Source of the DNA: Planctomycetota bacterium
Lineage (GTDB): Bacteria; Planctomycetota; MHYJ01; JACPRB01
Direction of reading: 5' to 3'
DNA: 64,000 nucleotides
Assembly: GCA_035574235.1 (NCBI GenBank)
Contig: DATLZA010000102.1
Coordinates: 27,219 to 91,218, forward strand
Below, one piece after another: positions 42,803 to 52,670 of this stretch (position 1 is the stretch's first letter; each line of letters opens with the position of its first letter). The notes below the pieces were generated by a model that was given only the letters and a program-made list of their open reading frames with translations, was not told the origin of the DNA and did no database searches. Both the position numbers and the translations under genes were made by a program.

Positions 42803-45598
42803 ATGCCTGCCGCTTCGGGCCTGGAACGCGACCTGCGCCGCATCGTCCGCGGGGACGTCCTCTGCGACGAGATTTCCCGCGCCCTCTACTCGACCGCCGC
42901 CTGCATCTTTCAGATCGTTCCCCAGGCGGTCGTCGTTCCCCGCGACCGACGGGATGTGGCGGCCGTCGTGAAGTACGCCGCGGAGCGGGAACTCCCGATC
43001 ACGCCGCGCGGCGCCGGCAGCGGCCTGGCCGGGCAGACCCTCGGACCCGGCATCATCCTGGACTTCTCGAAGTACATGAACCGGATCCTGGAGACGGATC
43101 AGGTCCGCTCCACCGTCCGTGTCGAGCCCGGTGTGGTCCTCGGGGATCTCAACCGGCACCTGCGGCAGTTCGGGCTCTGGTTTCCCCCGGACCCCTCCAG
43201 CGGCGATGTGGCCACCCTCGGCGGCATGATCGCCAACAACGCCGCGGGGGCCCACTCCGTCAAGTACGGCGTCACCCGGGACTACGTGGCCGGACTCGAG
43301 TGCGTCCTGGACGACGGTTCCCTCACCGGCCAGGACCGCTGGAAGGAACTGGTTCAGAAGATGGCGTCGCTCACGGCCGCCAACCGGCCCCTCATCGAGC
43401 GGTGGAAGCCGAACGTCCTGAAGAACTCGAGCGGGTACCACCTCTACGACGATCCGTTCGACATGAACCGGCTGATCGTCGGCAGCGAGGGGACGCTGGC
43501 CGTCGTCACGGAAGCGCGCCTGCGGATCGCGCGCCGGCCGACCGAACGCATCCTGCTTCGGATCACCTTCGACGACCTCGAGCCCATGGGGCGGGCCGTC
43601 CAGGCGCTTCGCCCGCTGGGCCCCAGCGCCCTCGAGGTGATCGACAAGACGATGATCGATCTCGTGCGCGGATCGCTCCTCGAATACGGCGAAGCGATGC
43701 CCGAGAACCTCCGGGCGATCCTCCTGTGCGAGTTCGACGGAGACCGCCGCGACGCCGTCGAAAAGCTGGCGGAAAAGGCCCGGACGCTCCTGGGGGAGGC
43801 GCTCGAGGTCACCGTGGCCTCCGGCGGGGATTACGAAAAGCTCTGGAAGGTCCGCAAGGCCGCATCCCCGATCCTCGACCGCCTGCAGGGGCCGCTTCGC
43901 TCGACGCGCATCATCGAGGACGCCTGCGTGCACCCGGACCGGCTGGTCGACTACATCCGGGGGCTCAAAGGGATCTTCGCCCGGCACGGCGTGGACGGCA
44001 TCGTGTTCGGTCACGCCGGCAGCGGACACGTCCACGTGAACGTCCTCATGGATCCGCGCTCGGGGGAGCATCATGCGAAGATCCGGCCCCTCTGCGAGGA
44101 CGTGGCCGATCTCGTGGCGTCCCTGCGGGGGACGCTGTCCGGGGAGCACGGGGACGGGATCCTCCGGGCGGCGTACCTGCGCAAGATCTTCGGGAAACTC
44201 TACCCGCTCTTCGAGGAAGTCAAGCAGGCGTTCGATCCCCGGAACATCCTCAATCCGGGCAAGAAGCTGGCGCCGCCGGACTTCGATTTCACGCCCTTCC
44301 TGAGGGCGTCCCGGAGGCCGGACGCGACCTATCGGCACGACTCGCCGTTCCTCGCCTGGGCGGGCGAGATCGAGCGCTGCAACGGGTGCGGCCACTGCCG
44401 GACCTACTGTCCCGTGTTCAAGGAGATTCCCGACGAGGCGGCGACGCCGCGGGGCAAGGCGGTGGCGCTCGGGGCGGCGCTCGAGGGGAAGGTGGCGGAG
44501 GATCCGGCGGCGCTGCGGCGGGTGGCGGATCTGTGCATCAACTGCAAGCTGTGCCTCGTCCTTTGTCCGTCCCGGGTGGACATTCCGGGAATGTGCCTGG
44601 AGGCCAAGGCGTTCGACGTTTCCCGCCGGGGGCTTTCCCGCCGGGACGCGCTCTTCGTGCGGGTGCGGGAGAATTCGGAGCGCGCCGCCCGCTGGGCGCC
44701 CTTTTCGAATTGGCTGGCGCCCGTGGCGGGGCCGATCCTCGGGCTCAAGCGCGCGCCGCGCTTCGTGCGGGCGGAGGTGCGTCCCACGCGCGTGTCCGAC
44801 CGCAAGGTGGTTTATTTCGCCGGCTGCTTCGCCGATTTCAACGATCCTCTGGGCGAGAAAAAGTCCACGATCGAAGTCCTCGAACGGAACGGCTTCGAGG
44901 TCGTGATTCCGGACTACCGCTGCTGCGGGCTGGCGGCGCTTTCGCTGGGCGCGCGCGAGGAGGCCGTCCGGGACGCGCGCGAGAACGTGGCGATTCTGGC
45001 GGCCACGGGGGATCTTCCGATCGTCGCCAGCGCCCCGTCCTGCGGGCTCATGCTCAAGATGGAACTCCCGCGGCTGGTTCCGGGGGACGACGCCCGCCGG
45101 GTGGCCTCCCGGGTGACGGACGTTCACGAGTTCCTCTGGAGCCTGCACCGCCGGGGGGCGCTGGACGTGAATTTCAAGCGCATCCAGTCCACGCTCCTGG
45201 TGCATCCCACGTGCCACCTGCGGGCGCTGGGGGCGGACAAGGCGGCCCGGCAGGTGCTCGGCCTGATTCCGGGGATCGAGCTCGTGGAGATTCCGGAACG
45301 CTGCTGCGGGATGGCGGGGTCGCTCGGAATGAAGGCCGCCACGTACGATCTGGCTCAGGCGATCGGGCGGCACGTGTTCGCGGACATCCGGGCGAAAAAT
45401 CCCACCCTCCTGGCGGCCTCGAACGGCACCTGCCGGTTCCATATCGGGGAGGGGGTCGGCCGCGAGGTGCTTCACACGATGACCCTTCTGCACCGCGCCT
45501 ACGGGCTTTCGCCTCTGGACGGCTTCCACAAGGTGCACGAAGGGGTGGCCATCGCCTCGCTTCGGAACCACATGGCCGCCTCCGAGCCGGACGAATAA
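42803..45598 (+). CDS. FAD-binding oxidase (GlcD-like) fused to Fe-S/CCG-domain subunit (GlcF/YdiJ-like)
   Basis: FAD-binding PCMH domain (RGAGSGLAGQ), then CNGCGHCRTYCP and CINCKLCLVLCP ferredoxin-type clusters, plus Cys-rich CCG repeats. Confidence 0.75.
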   Translation: MPAASGLERDLRRIVRGDVLCDEISRALYSTAACIFQIVPQAVVVPRDRRDVAAVVKYAAERELPITPRGAGSGLAGQTLGPGIILDFSKYMNRILETDQVRSTVRVEPGVVLGDLNRHLRQFGLWFPPDPSSGDVATLGGMIANNAAGAHSVKYGVTRDYVAGLECVLDDGSLTGQDRWKELVQKMASLTAANRPLIERWKPNVLKNSSGYHLYDDPFDMNRLIVGSEGTLAVVTEARLRIARRPTERILLRITFDDLEPMGRAVQALRPLGPSALEVIDKTMIDLVRGSLLEYGEAMPENLRAILLCEFDGDRRDAVEKLAEKARTLLGEALEVTVASGGDYEKLWKVRKAASPILDRLQGPLRSTRIIEDACVHPDRLVDYIRGLKGIFARHGVDGIVFGHAGSGHVHVNVLMDPRSGEHHAKIRPLCEDVADLVASLRGTLSGEHGDGILRAAYLRKIFGKLYPLFEEVKQAFDPRNILNPGKKLAPPDFDFTPFLRASRRPDATYRHDSPFLAWAGEIERCNGCGHCRTYCPVFKEIPDEAATPRGKAVALGAALEGKVAEDPAALRRVADLCINCKLCLVLCPSRVDIPGMCLEAKAFDVSRRGLSRRDALFVRVRENSERAARWAPFSNWLAPVAGPILGLKRAPRFVRAEVRPTRVSDRKVVYFAGCFADFNDPLGEKKSTIEVLERNGFEVVIPDYRCCGLAALSLGAREEAVRDARENVAILAATGDLPIVASAPSCGLMLKMELPRLVPGDDARRVASRVTDVHEFLWSLHRRGALDVNFKRIQSTLLVHPTCHLRALGADKAARQVLGLIPGIELVEIPERCCGMAGSLGMKAATYDLAQAIGRHVFADIRAKNPTLLAASNGTCRFHIGEGVGREVLHTMTLLHRAYGLSPLDGFHKVHEGVAIASLRNHMAASEPDE

Positions 45599-45650
45599 GG
45601 CGCGTGCGGGCGCTTGCGGCTCCGGGCCGGGCCGGGTAGAATCCGGGCCC

Positions 45651-46748
45651 ATGACCGGCGACACGCTGCGGGATCTCGAAGACAAGGTGCGCGCGGGGGA
45701 GCGTCTGTCGTTCGAGGACGGAGTGCGCCTTTTCAAGGCGCGCGATCTCTTCGCGGTCGGCCGCCTGGCCAACCTCGTCCGCGAGCGCAAGAACGGCAAC
45801 CGGGCCTACTACGTCCGGAACATGCACCTCAACTACACGAACGTGTGCGTGTTCGACTGCCATTTCTGCAGCTTCTACCGCAAGGAAGGGCAGGAAGGGG
45901 CCTGGGAAATGGATCTCGAGGCGGTCTTCGCCTATGCGGCCAAGGCGCGCTTCGAGCGCCTGAACGAGCTGCACATCGTGGGCGGGGTGCATCCGCGGCT
46001 TCCGTTCGGCTACTACCTCGAGATGCTCCGCGGGCTCAAGGAGCGTTACCCCGAGCTGCACCTGAAGGCGTTCACGGCGACCGAGATCGACCACCTGACG
46101 AAGATTTCGAAAAAGCCGGCGGAGCAGGTGCTTCTGGAGCTCCGGGAGGCGGGACTGGACTCGCTTCCGGGAGGAGGGGCGGAGATTTTCGCCCCGCGGG
46201 TGTGGAACCAGATCTGCAGCGGCAAGGCGAAGCCCGAGCGATGGCTGGAGATTCACCGCGCGTGGCACCGCCTGGGAGGGCGCTCCACGGCCACGATGCT
46301 GTACGGCCATCTCGAGACCGACGAGGAACGCGTGGATCACATGCTGCGCGTGCGGGCGCTTCAGGACGAGACGGGCGGATTCACGGCGTTCATCCCGCTG
46401 GCCTTCCAGGTGGAGAACAACCGTCTCTCGCACCTGCCGCGGCCCACGGCCCAGACGGACCTCCGGGTGCACGCCGTGGCGCGGCTCCTTCTGGACAATT
46501 TCGACCACATCAAGGCGTACTGGGTGATGACCGGGCTCAAGATGGCCCAGATTCTTCTCTCCTGGGGCGCGGACGACATCGACGGGACGATCGTCGAGGA
46601 ACGGATCGTGCACATGGCGGGGGCGGAATCGCCCCTGGGGGTGACGGAGGAGGAGCTCCGGGCGCTCATCCGCGAGGCCGGCCGGGAGCCCGTGCGCCGC
46701 GACACGCTGTACCGGCCGCTGGAGCCCGTCGAGTCCGGGCGGGCGTAG
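45651..46748 (+). CDS. MqnC/MqnE-family radical SAM enzyme (futalosine pathway of menaquinone biosynthesis)
   Basis: NYTNVCVFDCHFCSF cluster motif; CofH/MqnE-like architecture. MqnC cannot be told from MqnE without alignment. Confidence 0.65.
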   Translation: MTGDTLRDLEDKVRAGERLSFEDGVRLFKARDLFAVGRLANLVRERKNGNRAYYVRNMHLNYTNVCVFDCHFCSFYRKEGQEGAWEMDLEAVFAYAAKARFERLNELHIVGGVHPRLPFGYYLEMLRGLKERYPELHLKAFTATEIDHLTKISKKPAEQVLLELREAGLDSLPGGGAEIFAPRVWNQICSGKAKPERWLEIHRAWHRLGGRSTATMLYGHLETDEERVDHMLRVRALQDETGGFTAFIPLAFQVENNRLSHLPRPTAQTDLRVHAVARLLLDNFDHIKAYWVMTGLKMAQILLSWGADDIDGTIVEERIVHMAGAESPLGVTEEELRALIREAGREPVRRDTLYRPLEPVESGRA

Positions 46749-46844
46749 GGGCGCGGCGCCCGCGAGCCAGGGGATTTTTTTCGCTTTACCCGGCGGCGGG
46801 GGAGGCGTAGACTTTCGGGAAATCGCCGCTTCCCGGAGGTCGGC

Positions 46845-47636
46845 ATGCGCATCTTCGAACCGCACGCCCACATGTACGCGCGCACCACCAACGACTACGA
46901 AGCCATGGCCAAGGCGGGCGTCGAGGTGCTGGTCGAGCCCGCCTTCTGGCTGGGCGAAACCCGCAAGTACGCCGGCAGCTTCTTCGACTACTTCGACCAT
47001 CTGATCCACTACGAACACTCGCGGGCGGCCCGCTACGGAATCCGGCAGTACGTCACGATCGCCATGAATCCCAAGGAGTCCAACAACTACGAGCTGGCGC
47101 AGGAGGTCGTCGAGGAACTTCCGCGGTTCCTCGAGCATCCGCGCGTGGTGGCGGTCGGCGAGATCGGCTTCGACGCGATGACCCCCACGGAGGAGGAATT
47201 CTTCGTCCGGCAGGCGGAGCTGGCGCGCGAGTTCGGCCTGCCTCTTCTGATTCACTCGCCGCACCTCAACAAGTACGAGGGCATCCGGAGGCTCCTCGAA
47301 GTTCTCAAGGGAATGGACTACGACATGGACCGCGTCCTCATGGACCACAACGTCGAGGACACGACGCCCATGTCCCTCAAGGCGGGCTGCTGGGCGGGGC
47401 ACACGGTCTATCCGATCACGAAGCTCTCGCCCGAGCGGATGGCCAACATCGTCGAAGACAACGGCTACGAGCGCATGATGATCAACTCCGCCGCCGACTG
47501 GGGGCCCAGCGATCCGCTCATGGTCAAGTACACGGTGGAGGAGCTGCGCGGCCGCGGAGCCTCCGAGCGGGATCTCGAGCGCCTGGTCTGGGACAATCCA
47601 TGGAATTTCTTTTCGAAATCGGGACGTCTGCGCTGA
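46845..47636 (+). CDS. TatD-related metal-dependent hydrolase (amidohydrolase fold)
   Basis: FEPHAHM, GEIGFD, LIHSPH motifs. Confidence 0.6.
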   Translation: MRIFEPHAHMYARTTNDYEAMAKAGVEVLVEPAFWLGETRKYAGSFFDYFDHLIHYEHSRAARYGIRQYVTIAMNPKESNNYELAQEVVEELPRFLEHPRVVAVGEIGFDAMTPTEEEFFVRQAELAREFGLPLLIHSPHLNKYEGIRRLLEVLKGMDYDMDRVLMDHNVEDTTPMSLKAGCWAGHTVYPITKLSPERMANIVEDNGYERMMINSAADWGPSDPLMVKYTVEELRGRGASERDLERLVWDNPWNFFSKSGRLR

Positions 47637-47715
47637 GAATTTGGTAATGTATTGACGGCCCGGCCGTCTAAAAATCCTGACCGGACGGATCGGACTTATT
47701 GCAGGGAGGGAAGAG

Positions 47716-49074
47716 ATGCTTCGAGCCATGGGCGCGGCCGCGCTCTGGGTGGTCCTGACGGCGTGTGGAACCTCGACCAGCGAAACGTATTCGAAGGACT
47801 CCATTCCGGACATCGGCAACTATCCTCCGCCTCCGCCCGGGTACACGAAGGTGCGCGCGGCGGTCATGAAGCTGCAGGACAAGACCAACAACCAGTCGTG
47901 GCATTCGCGCCCGGTCGGCGAGCAGGCGGCCGAGCAGCTCGAGACGCTCCTGGTGAACTCCGGGAGATTCAACATGATCGAGCGGCTCCAGCTCGAGAAC
48001 GTGCTCAAGGAGCAGGGGCTCGCCAATGTGGTGGATCCCAACGAGCTGGCGCGTCCGGGACGGGTGCGGGGCGTGGATTATCTGTTCCTCGGATCCATTA
48101 CCGAGTTCAGCATCAAGGTCATGCGGACGCGGACCGGCGGCGGCATTTTCGACCGCATCCTTCCCGGCATCGCCCCTCTGGACATCGATACGAGCAAGAC
48201 GGAGATCGAGACGCGCGTGGCGGTGGACATCAAGCTCGTCAATACGACGACCGGGGAGATCGTCGCCAAGGACGCCGAACCCGTCAAGCGGGTCGATACC
48301 GCCAGCGCGTGGGGCGTCCGCGTCCTCGGCATCGGCGGGGACGCGAGCAAGGACATCAAGGTGGACGCCGAAAGCCAGGGCCGCATCATGCGGTACGCTC
48401 TGGACCAGTCTTTGAAGCGCATGCTTCCGGCCATCGACGCCAAGTTCTCGCGGCCCCAGCCGTCGTACTGCCCGCACTGCAAGACGGAGCTGGCCGCGGG
48501 GCAGAACTTCTGCACCAAGTGCGGCAAGTCCGCCGCCAAGCCCAAGTGCAAGTGCGGCGCGGAGCTGGAGTCGGGGGCGAAGTTCTGCGGCGCCTGCGGA
48601 AGCAAGGTGGAAGGGGCGGAGCCCGCGCCGTCGTCGCCCCAGGGGCGCGCGCCGTCGCCCGCGCCCGCCTCGGGGGATTATTTGCCCGAACACGCCGTCC
48701 TGGCGCGCGCCCCGAGCGGGAAATGGTATGCGTGCATCGTGAAGACGCCCGCCGAGGGCGAGAAGAAGGAAGTCGAATTTCAGATGCTGACCAAGAACGA
48801 AACCTTCAAGAGCGAGCGCTATCACAAGACCCGCCCGGCGAAGGCCGAGGACATCAAAATCGGCGCGACGGTCTTTGTGCCGAATGTTTTCGCGTATGGA
48901 CGGGATCTGAACCGTCCGGGGGCGGTCGTCGAAACGTGGAAGGAGAGCTTTTCGGAGTGGCAGGAAACGACCGTCACCGGCGTAAAGGGCGGCGAGCAGG
49001 GTCTTTTCCAGGCGCCCGTCTACGGGGAAAAGGACATTCATTTCTCCAACGTTCGCGTGGCCGTGAAGGAGTGA
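47716..49074 (+). CDS. CsgG-like lipoprotein fused to tandem Zn-ribbons and a C-terminal uncharacterised domain
   Basis: Lipobox LTAC; CsgG family motifs (VAVMKLQDKT, LVNSGRFNMIERLQLENVLKEQ); CPHCKTELAAGQNFCTKCG and CKCGAELESGAKFCGACG. Confidence 0.65.
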   Translation: MLRAMGAAALWVVLTACGTSTSETYSKDSIPDIGNYPPPPPGYTKVRAAVMKLQDKTNNQSWHSRPVGEQAAEQLETLLVNSGRFNMIERLQLENVLKEQGLANVVDPNELARPGRVRGVDYLFLGSITEFSIKVMRTRTGGGIFDRILPGIAPLDIDTSKTEIETRVAVDIKLVNTTTGEIVAKDAEPVKRVDTASAWGVRVLGIGGDASKDIKVDAESQGRIMRYALDQSLKRMLPAIDAKFSRPQPSYCPHCKTELAAGQNFCTKCGKSAAKPKCKCGAELESGAKFCGACGSKVEGAEPAPSSPQGRAPSPAPASGDYLPEHAVLARAPSGKWYACIVKTPAEGEKKEVEFQMLTKNETFKSERYHKTRPAKAEDIKIGATVFVPNVFAYGRDLNRPGAVVETWKESFSEWQETTVTGVKGGEQGLFQAPVYGEKDIHFSNVRVAVKE

Positions 49075-49715
49075 GCGGGCCGGGCACGTTCTCTCGAGAG
49101 ACGTTTTCGGGGAAGGTGCCGCTCTTTCCCTTGCCGGACGTGGTCCTTTTCCCGGGATCCCTCCTTCCGCTTCACGTCTTCGAGCCGCGCTATCGGCAGA
49201 TGACGCGGGACGCTCTGGACGGGGAACGGCTGATCGCCATGGCCCTGCTCAAACCGGGCTGGGAAAAGGATTACTACGGCAATCCTGCCGTCCACGACGT
49301 GGTGGGGATCGGCCGCATCGCGGAGGACAAAGTGCTTCCGGACGGCCGTTTTCTCCTGCTTCTCGAGGGCGTCGCGCGGGCCCGGCTTCTGGACATCGTC
49401 CGGGATCGGCCGTACCGGGTCGCCCGGGTGATTCTTCTGGAAGACCGGATCCCTGAGGGAGCGGAGGAGACGTTCCGGCCCGCGCTGGAGGATCTTTGCT
49501 CCCGGCGGATCGCGGCGGCGCCCGCGGCCCCTCCGGGAACGCTCTCCTTGGGCTGCCTGTGCGATCGGGTCGCGGCGGCCCTCGTGCGGGATCCGGCGGC
49601 CCGGCAGGAACTGCTGGCGGAGGAGGACGTGGGGGTTCGGTGCCGGCGCCTCCTGGCCGCGATTCCCCCCGGAACGGGCGTTCGGGGCGACCCCGGCCGG
49701 CCTTCTCCCAATTGA
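49071..49715 (+). CDS. LON N-terminal substrate-binding domain protein
   Basis: GTG start overlapping the CsgG-like stop (GTGA); PLFPLPDVVLFPGSLLPLHVFEPRYR is the Lon N-domain signature. Confidence 0.6.
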   Translation: MSGPGTFSRETFSGKVPLFPLPDVVLFPGSLLPLHVFEPRYRQMTRDALDGERLIAMALLKPGWEKDYYGNPAVHDVVGIGRIAEDKVLPDGRFLLLLEGVARARLLDIVRDRPYRVARVILLEDRIPEGAEETFRPALEDLCSRRIAAAPAAPPGTLSLGCLCDRVAAALVRDPAARQELLAEEDVGVRCRRLLAAIPPGTGVRGDPGRPSPN

Positions 49716-49717
49716 AG

Positions 49718-49744
49718 GCCGCAAGGTTGATTTAGACTTGCGGC
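49718..49744 (+). terminator. hairpin (GCCGCAAG / CTTGCGGC, 11-nt loop) after the LON-N stop; weak terminator
   Basis: gccgcaagGTTGATTTAGActtgcggc followed by GGATTTCC (poor U-tract). Confidence 0.25.
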
Positions 49745-49761
49745 GGATTTCCGATTATAGT
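49733..49761 (+). promoter_or_regulatory. sigma70-like promoter TAGACT-N17-TATAGT for ispH
   Basis: TAGACTtgcggcggatttccgatTATAGTaagaggag; 28-nt leader with AAGAGGAG Shine-Dalgarno. Confidence 0.35.
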
Positions 49762-49789
49762 AAGAGGAGTCCGATTCGCCCGGGACGGC

Positions 49790-50635
49790 ATGGAAATCAG
49801 AATCGCCAAGGAAATCGGGTATTGCTACGGCGTCCGGGACGCCGTGGACATGGCCATCGACGAGGCCGACAAGGCCGGAGGGGCCAAGGTCTATACCTTC
49901 GGGCCGATCATTCACAATCACCATACGATCGACATGCTCCGGGACGCGCACAACGTCCATACCGTGCAGTCGATGGAGGAGATCGGCGAGAAGGGCGCCA
50001 CGGTCGTCATCCGCACGCACGGAACCACGCCGGCGCGGATGAAGGAACTCGTCGAAGCGGGATTCAACGTCAAGGACGCGACGTGCCCCTTCGTCCTCAA
50101 GACCCAGCGCAAGGCGCGCGAGTTCGCCGCGGAGGGGTACCACATCGTGATCCTCGGCCATCGCAACCATCCCGAGGTCGTGGGGATCGCCGGCCAGGTG
50201 CCGGATCGTCACACGATCGTGGATACACGGGAGGATCTCGAGAAGGTCGGCCGCCACCTCAAGATCGCCGCGCTCTTTCAGTCCACCGTGACCTTCGAGG
50301 ACTACGCGTGGGCGATTCCGCTCCTGGCGGCCAAGTGCTACGAATTCAAGCTCCTTCAGACGATCTGCGGCGTCACGATCACGCGGCAGAAGCGCACCGC
50401 CGAAGTGGCGCGGGACGTGGATCTCATGATCATCATCGGGGGGAAGAACTCCTCCAACACGAAGAAGCTCGTGGACGTCAGCCGGCCGTATTGCCGCACC
50501 GTGCACATCGAGGAGCCCGAGGAGATCGACGGCGTGGATCTCTCCGGCGTGCGCCGGGTCGGCATCAGCACGGGAACCTCGACGCCCGAATTCCTGGTGG
50601 ATGCGCTCGTCGAGCGGCTCAGGGCGAGGGCGTGA
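49790..50635 (+). CDS. ispH: 4-hydroxy-3-methylbut-2-enyl diphosphate reductase
   Basis: GYCYGVRDAV, three conserved Cys regions (CPFV, ICGVT), HNHH and SSNTKKL motifs. Confidence 0.9.
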   Translation: MEIRIAKEIGYCYGVRDAVDMAIDEADKAGGAKVYTFGPIIHNHHTIDMLRDAHNVHTVQSMEEIGEKGATVVIRTHGTTPARMKELVEAGFNVKDATCPFVLKTQRKAREFAAEGYHIVILGHRNHPEVVGIAGQVPDRHTIVDTREDLEKVGRHLKIAALFQSTVTFEDYAWAIPLLAAKCYEFKLLQTICGVTITRQKRTAEVARDVDLMIIIGGKNSSNTKKLVDVSRPYCRTVHIEEPEEIDGVDLSGVRRVGISTGTSTPEFLVDALVERLRARA

Positions 50636-50682
50636 CCGGAGCCCCCGCCTTCGCGGGCCCGCCTCCGATCGCGGACAACGAC

Positions 50683-52452
50683 ATGACCACCGTCTGGGAC
50701 AGGCTGGAACGGCATCTGCTCCATGTGCAGAGCCCCGCCCAGTACATCGGCGGGGAGTGGAACACAATCCGCAAGACGGACGCCGAGGTCAAGGTGGCCG
50801 TGGCCTTCCACGACTGCTACAAGATCGGCATGGCCCACCTGGGCCTTCAGATTCTCTACGGACTTCTCAACTCCCGGGAAGACACCCTGTGCGAGCGCGT
50901 CTTCGCCCCCTGGCCGGACCTCGAGGACCGCATGCGGGCGGAGGGCCTCCCCCTGTTCTCGGTGGACAGCCACCGGCCGGTGCGCGAGTTCGACATCCTG
51001 GGCTTCTCGCTGCAGAGCGAGCTCGGGTACACGAACGTTCTCAACATGCTGGAGCTGGCGGGCCTGCCGCTCCGGGCCCGGGAGCGCGGCCCCGAATTTC
51101 CGCTCGTCGTCGGGGGAGGCGTCAACGCGAGCTATCCGGAGCCGCTGGCCGACTTTTTCGACGTCTTCATCCTGGGAGACGGCGAGGAGGCGATGCCCGC
51201 GCTCGTGGACGTCTACAAGGACCTGCGCCGGGACCGGGACGCGCTCCTCAGGACGGTCGCCGAACGGGTTCCGGGAGCGTACGTTCCGTCTCTCTACGAA
51301 TGGACCTACGCGCCCGATGGGACGATCTCCTCGTTCACGGGCCGGGTCGTCAAGAAGGCCCAGGTGGCGGATCTCGACGGGGCTTATTATCCGCTCAAGC
51401 CCGTCGTGCCGTTCGCGGAGGTGGTCCACGACCGGATCAACCTGGAGATCATGCGGGGCTGCCCGCACCGCTGCCGCTTCTGCCACGCCGTGAGCTTCAA
51501 GAACAAGCTCCGCTTCCGCTCGGTGGAGAAGCTCCTGGCGCAGGCGGAGGAGGTGTACAAGAACACCGGGTACGACGAGATCGCCCTGACGTCCCTGTCG
51601 AGCGGAGACTACCCGCAGATCCACGAGCTCATGACGCGGCTTCACGCCCGCTTCCGCCAGCGGCGGGTTTCGGTGTCGCTGCCGTCCCTGCGCGTGGACG
51701 AGAAGCTTTCGGAGCTTCCGGCGCTGATGACCTCGGTGCGCAAGGGAGGCTTCACGATCGCTCCCGAGGGAGGCTCCGAGGAATTCCGCAGGATCATCCG
51801 CAAGCCGATCCGGGACGAGGACCTTGATGCGACCGTCCGGGCGGCCTTCCAGCACGGCTGGAATCACGTGAAGATGTATTTCATGGTGGGATTCCCGATG
51901 GAGACCGCGGCGGACGTCGAGGCCATTCTCGAAACCGCCAAGCGGGCCAGCCGGATCGGCAAGGAAGTCCGGGGGAAGTGGGGCGACGTCAATATCACCC
52001 TCTCCCCCCTCATTCCGAAGCCTCATACCCCGTTCCAGTTCTGCGCGCAGCGGGAGCTGGAGTACGTGCTGGAGGTGGAGCGGCGCCTGGCGTCCCTGGC
52101 GCGCGGCACGCGGGTCCACCTGCGCGCGCACGATCCGCGGAAGTCCTACATCGAGGCGGTTCTGGCGCGGGGGGACCGGAGGGTGGGCGCCGCCCTCGTG
52201 GAAGCGCGCCGGCTGGGCGCCCGTTTCGACGAATGGTCGGAGTTTTTCGATTTCCCGCGCTGGATGCGCGCCTTTCAGAACGCGGGCATCGATCCCGATT
52301 TCTACGCCCGCCGGGAACGCTCCGTCTCGGAGGTGCTCCCGTGGGAGCCGCTGGACGTGGGACGGCCCAAGCAGGCCCTCTGGAACGACTACCAGGCGGC
52401 GCTGCAGGCGGCCCGCGAGCGGGAGGCCAGGAATGCTGAAAAAGCTAGCTGA
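50683..52452 (+). CDS. B12-binding domain radical SAM protein (TIGR03960-like)
   Basis: N-terminal B12-binding-like region; CPHRCRFC Cx3Cx2C-type cluster; about 590 aa. Confidence 0.7.
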   Translation: MTTVWDRLERHLLHVQSPAQYIGGEWNTIRKTDAEVKVAVAFHDCYKIGMAHLGLQILYGLLNSREDTLCERVFAPWPDLEDRMRAEGLPLFSVDSHRPVREFDILGFSLQSELGYTNVLNMLELAGLPLRARERGPEFPLVVGGGVNASYPEPLADFFDVFILGDGEEAMPALVDVYKDLRRDRDALLRTVAERVPGAYVPSLYEWTYAPDGTISSFTGRVVKKAQVADLDGAYYPLKPVVPFAEVVHDRINLEIMRGCPHRCRFCHAVSFKNKLRFRSVEKLLAQAEEVYKNTGYDEIALTSLSSGDYPQIHELMTRLHARFRQRRVSVSLPSLRVDEKLSELPALMTSVRKGGFTIAPEGGSEEFRRIIRKPIRDEDLDATVRAAFQHGWNHVKMYFMVGFPMETAADVEAILETAKRASRIGKEVRGKWGDVNITLSPLIPKPHTPFQFCAQRELEYVLEVERRLASLARGTRVHLRAHDPRKSYIEAVLARGDRRVGAALVEARRLGARFDEWSEFFDFPRWMRAFQNAGIDPDFYARRERSVSEVLPWEPLDVGRPKQALWNDYQAALQAAREREARNAEKAS

Positions 52453-52660
52453 GTTCCTCGAACGCGAAGTCGAGATCTGGACCACGGAGAACACGGAGCC
52501 GTGGATGGGGATCCTCAAGCAGGTGACGCCCGACTACGTGGCGCTCCTCATCGACGAACTGGAAACGTTCCTGGTGGCCAACAAGATCGTGGCGTTCCGG
52601 CTCTCCGAAGGGGAGCAGGGCGCCGCCGCCGGGGAACGGGGCGAGGAAGAGGAGGCGTAG
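52433..52660 (+). CDS. small Sm-like (LSm fold) protein
   Basis: 75 aa; VEIWTTENTEPWMGILKQVTPDYVALLIDE...FLVANKIVAFRL pattern; overlaps the upstream stop by 20 nt; acidic tail. Confidence 0.4.
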   Translation: MLKKLAEFLEREVEIWTTENTEPWMGILKQVTPDYVALLIDELETFLVANKIVAFRLSEGEQGAAAGERGEEEEA

Positions 52661-52670
52661 GACGCCGCCC

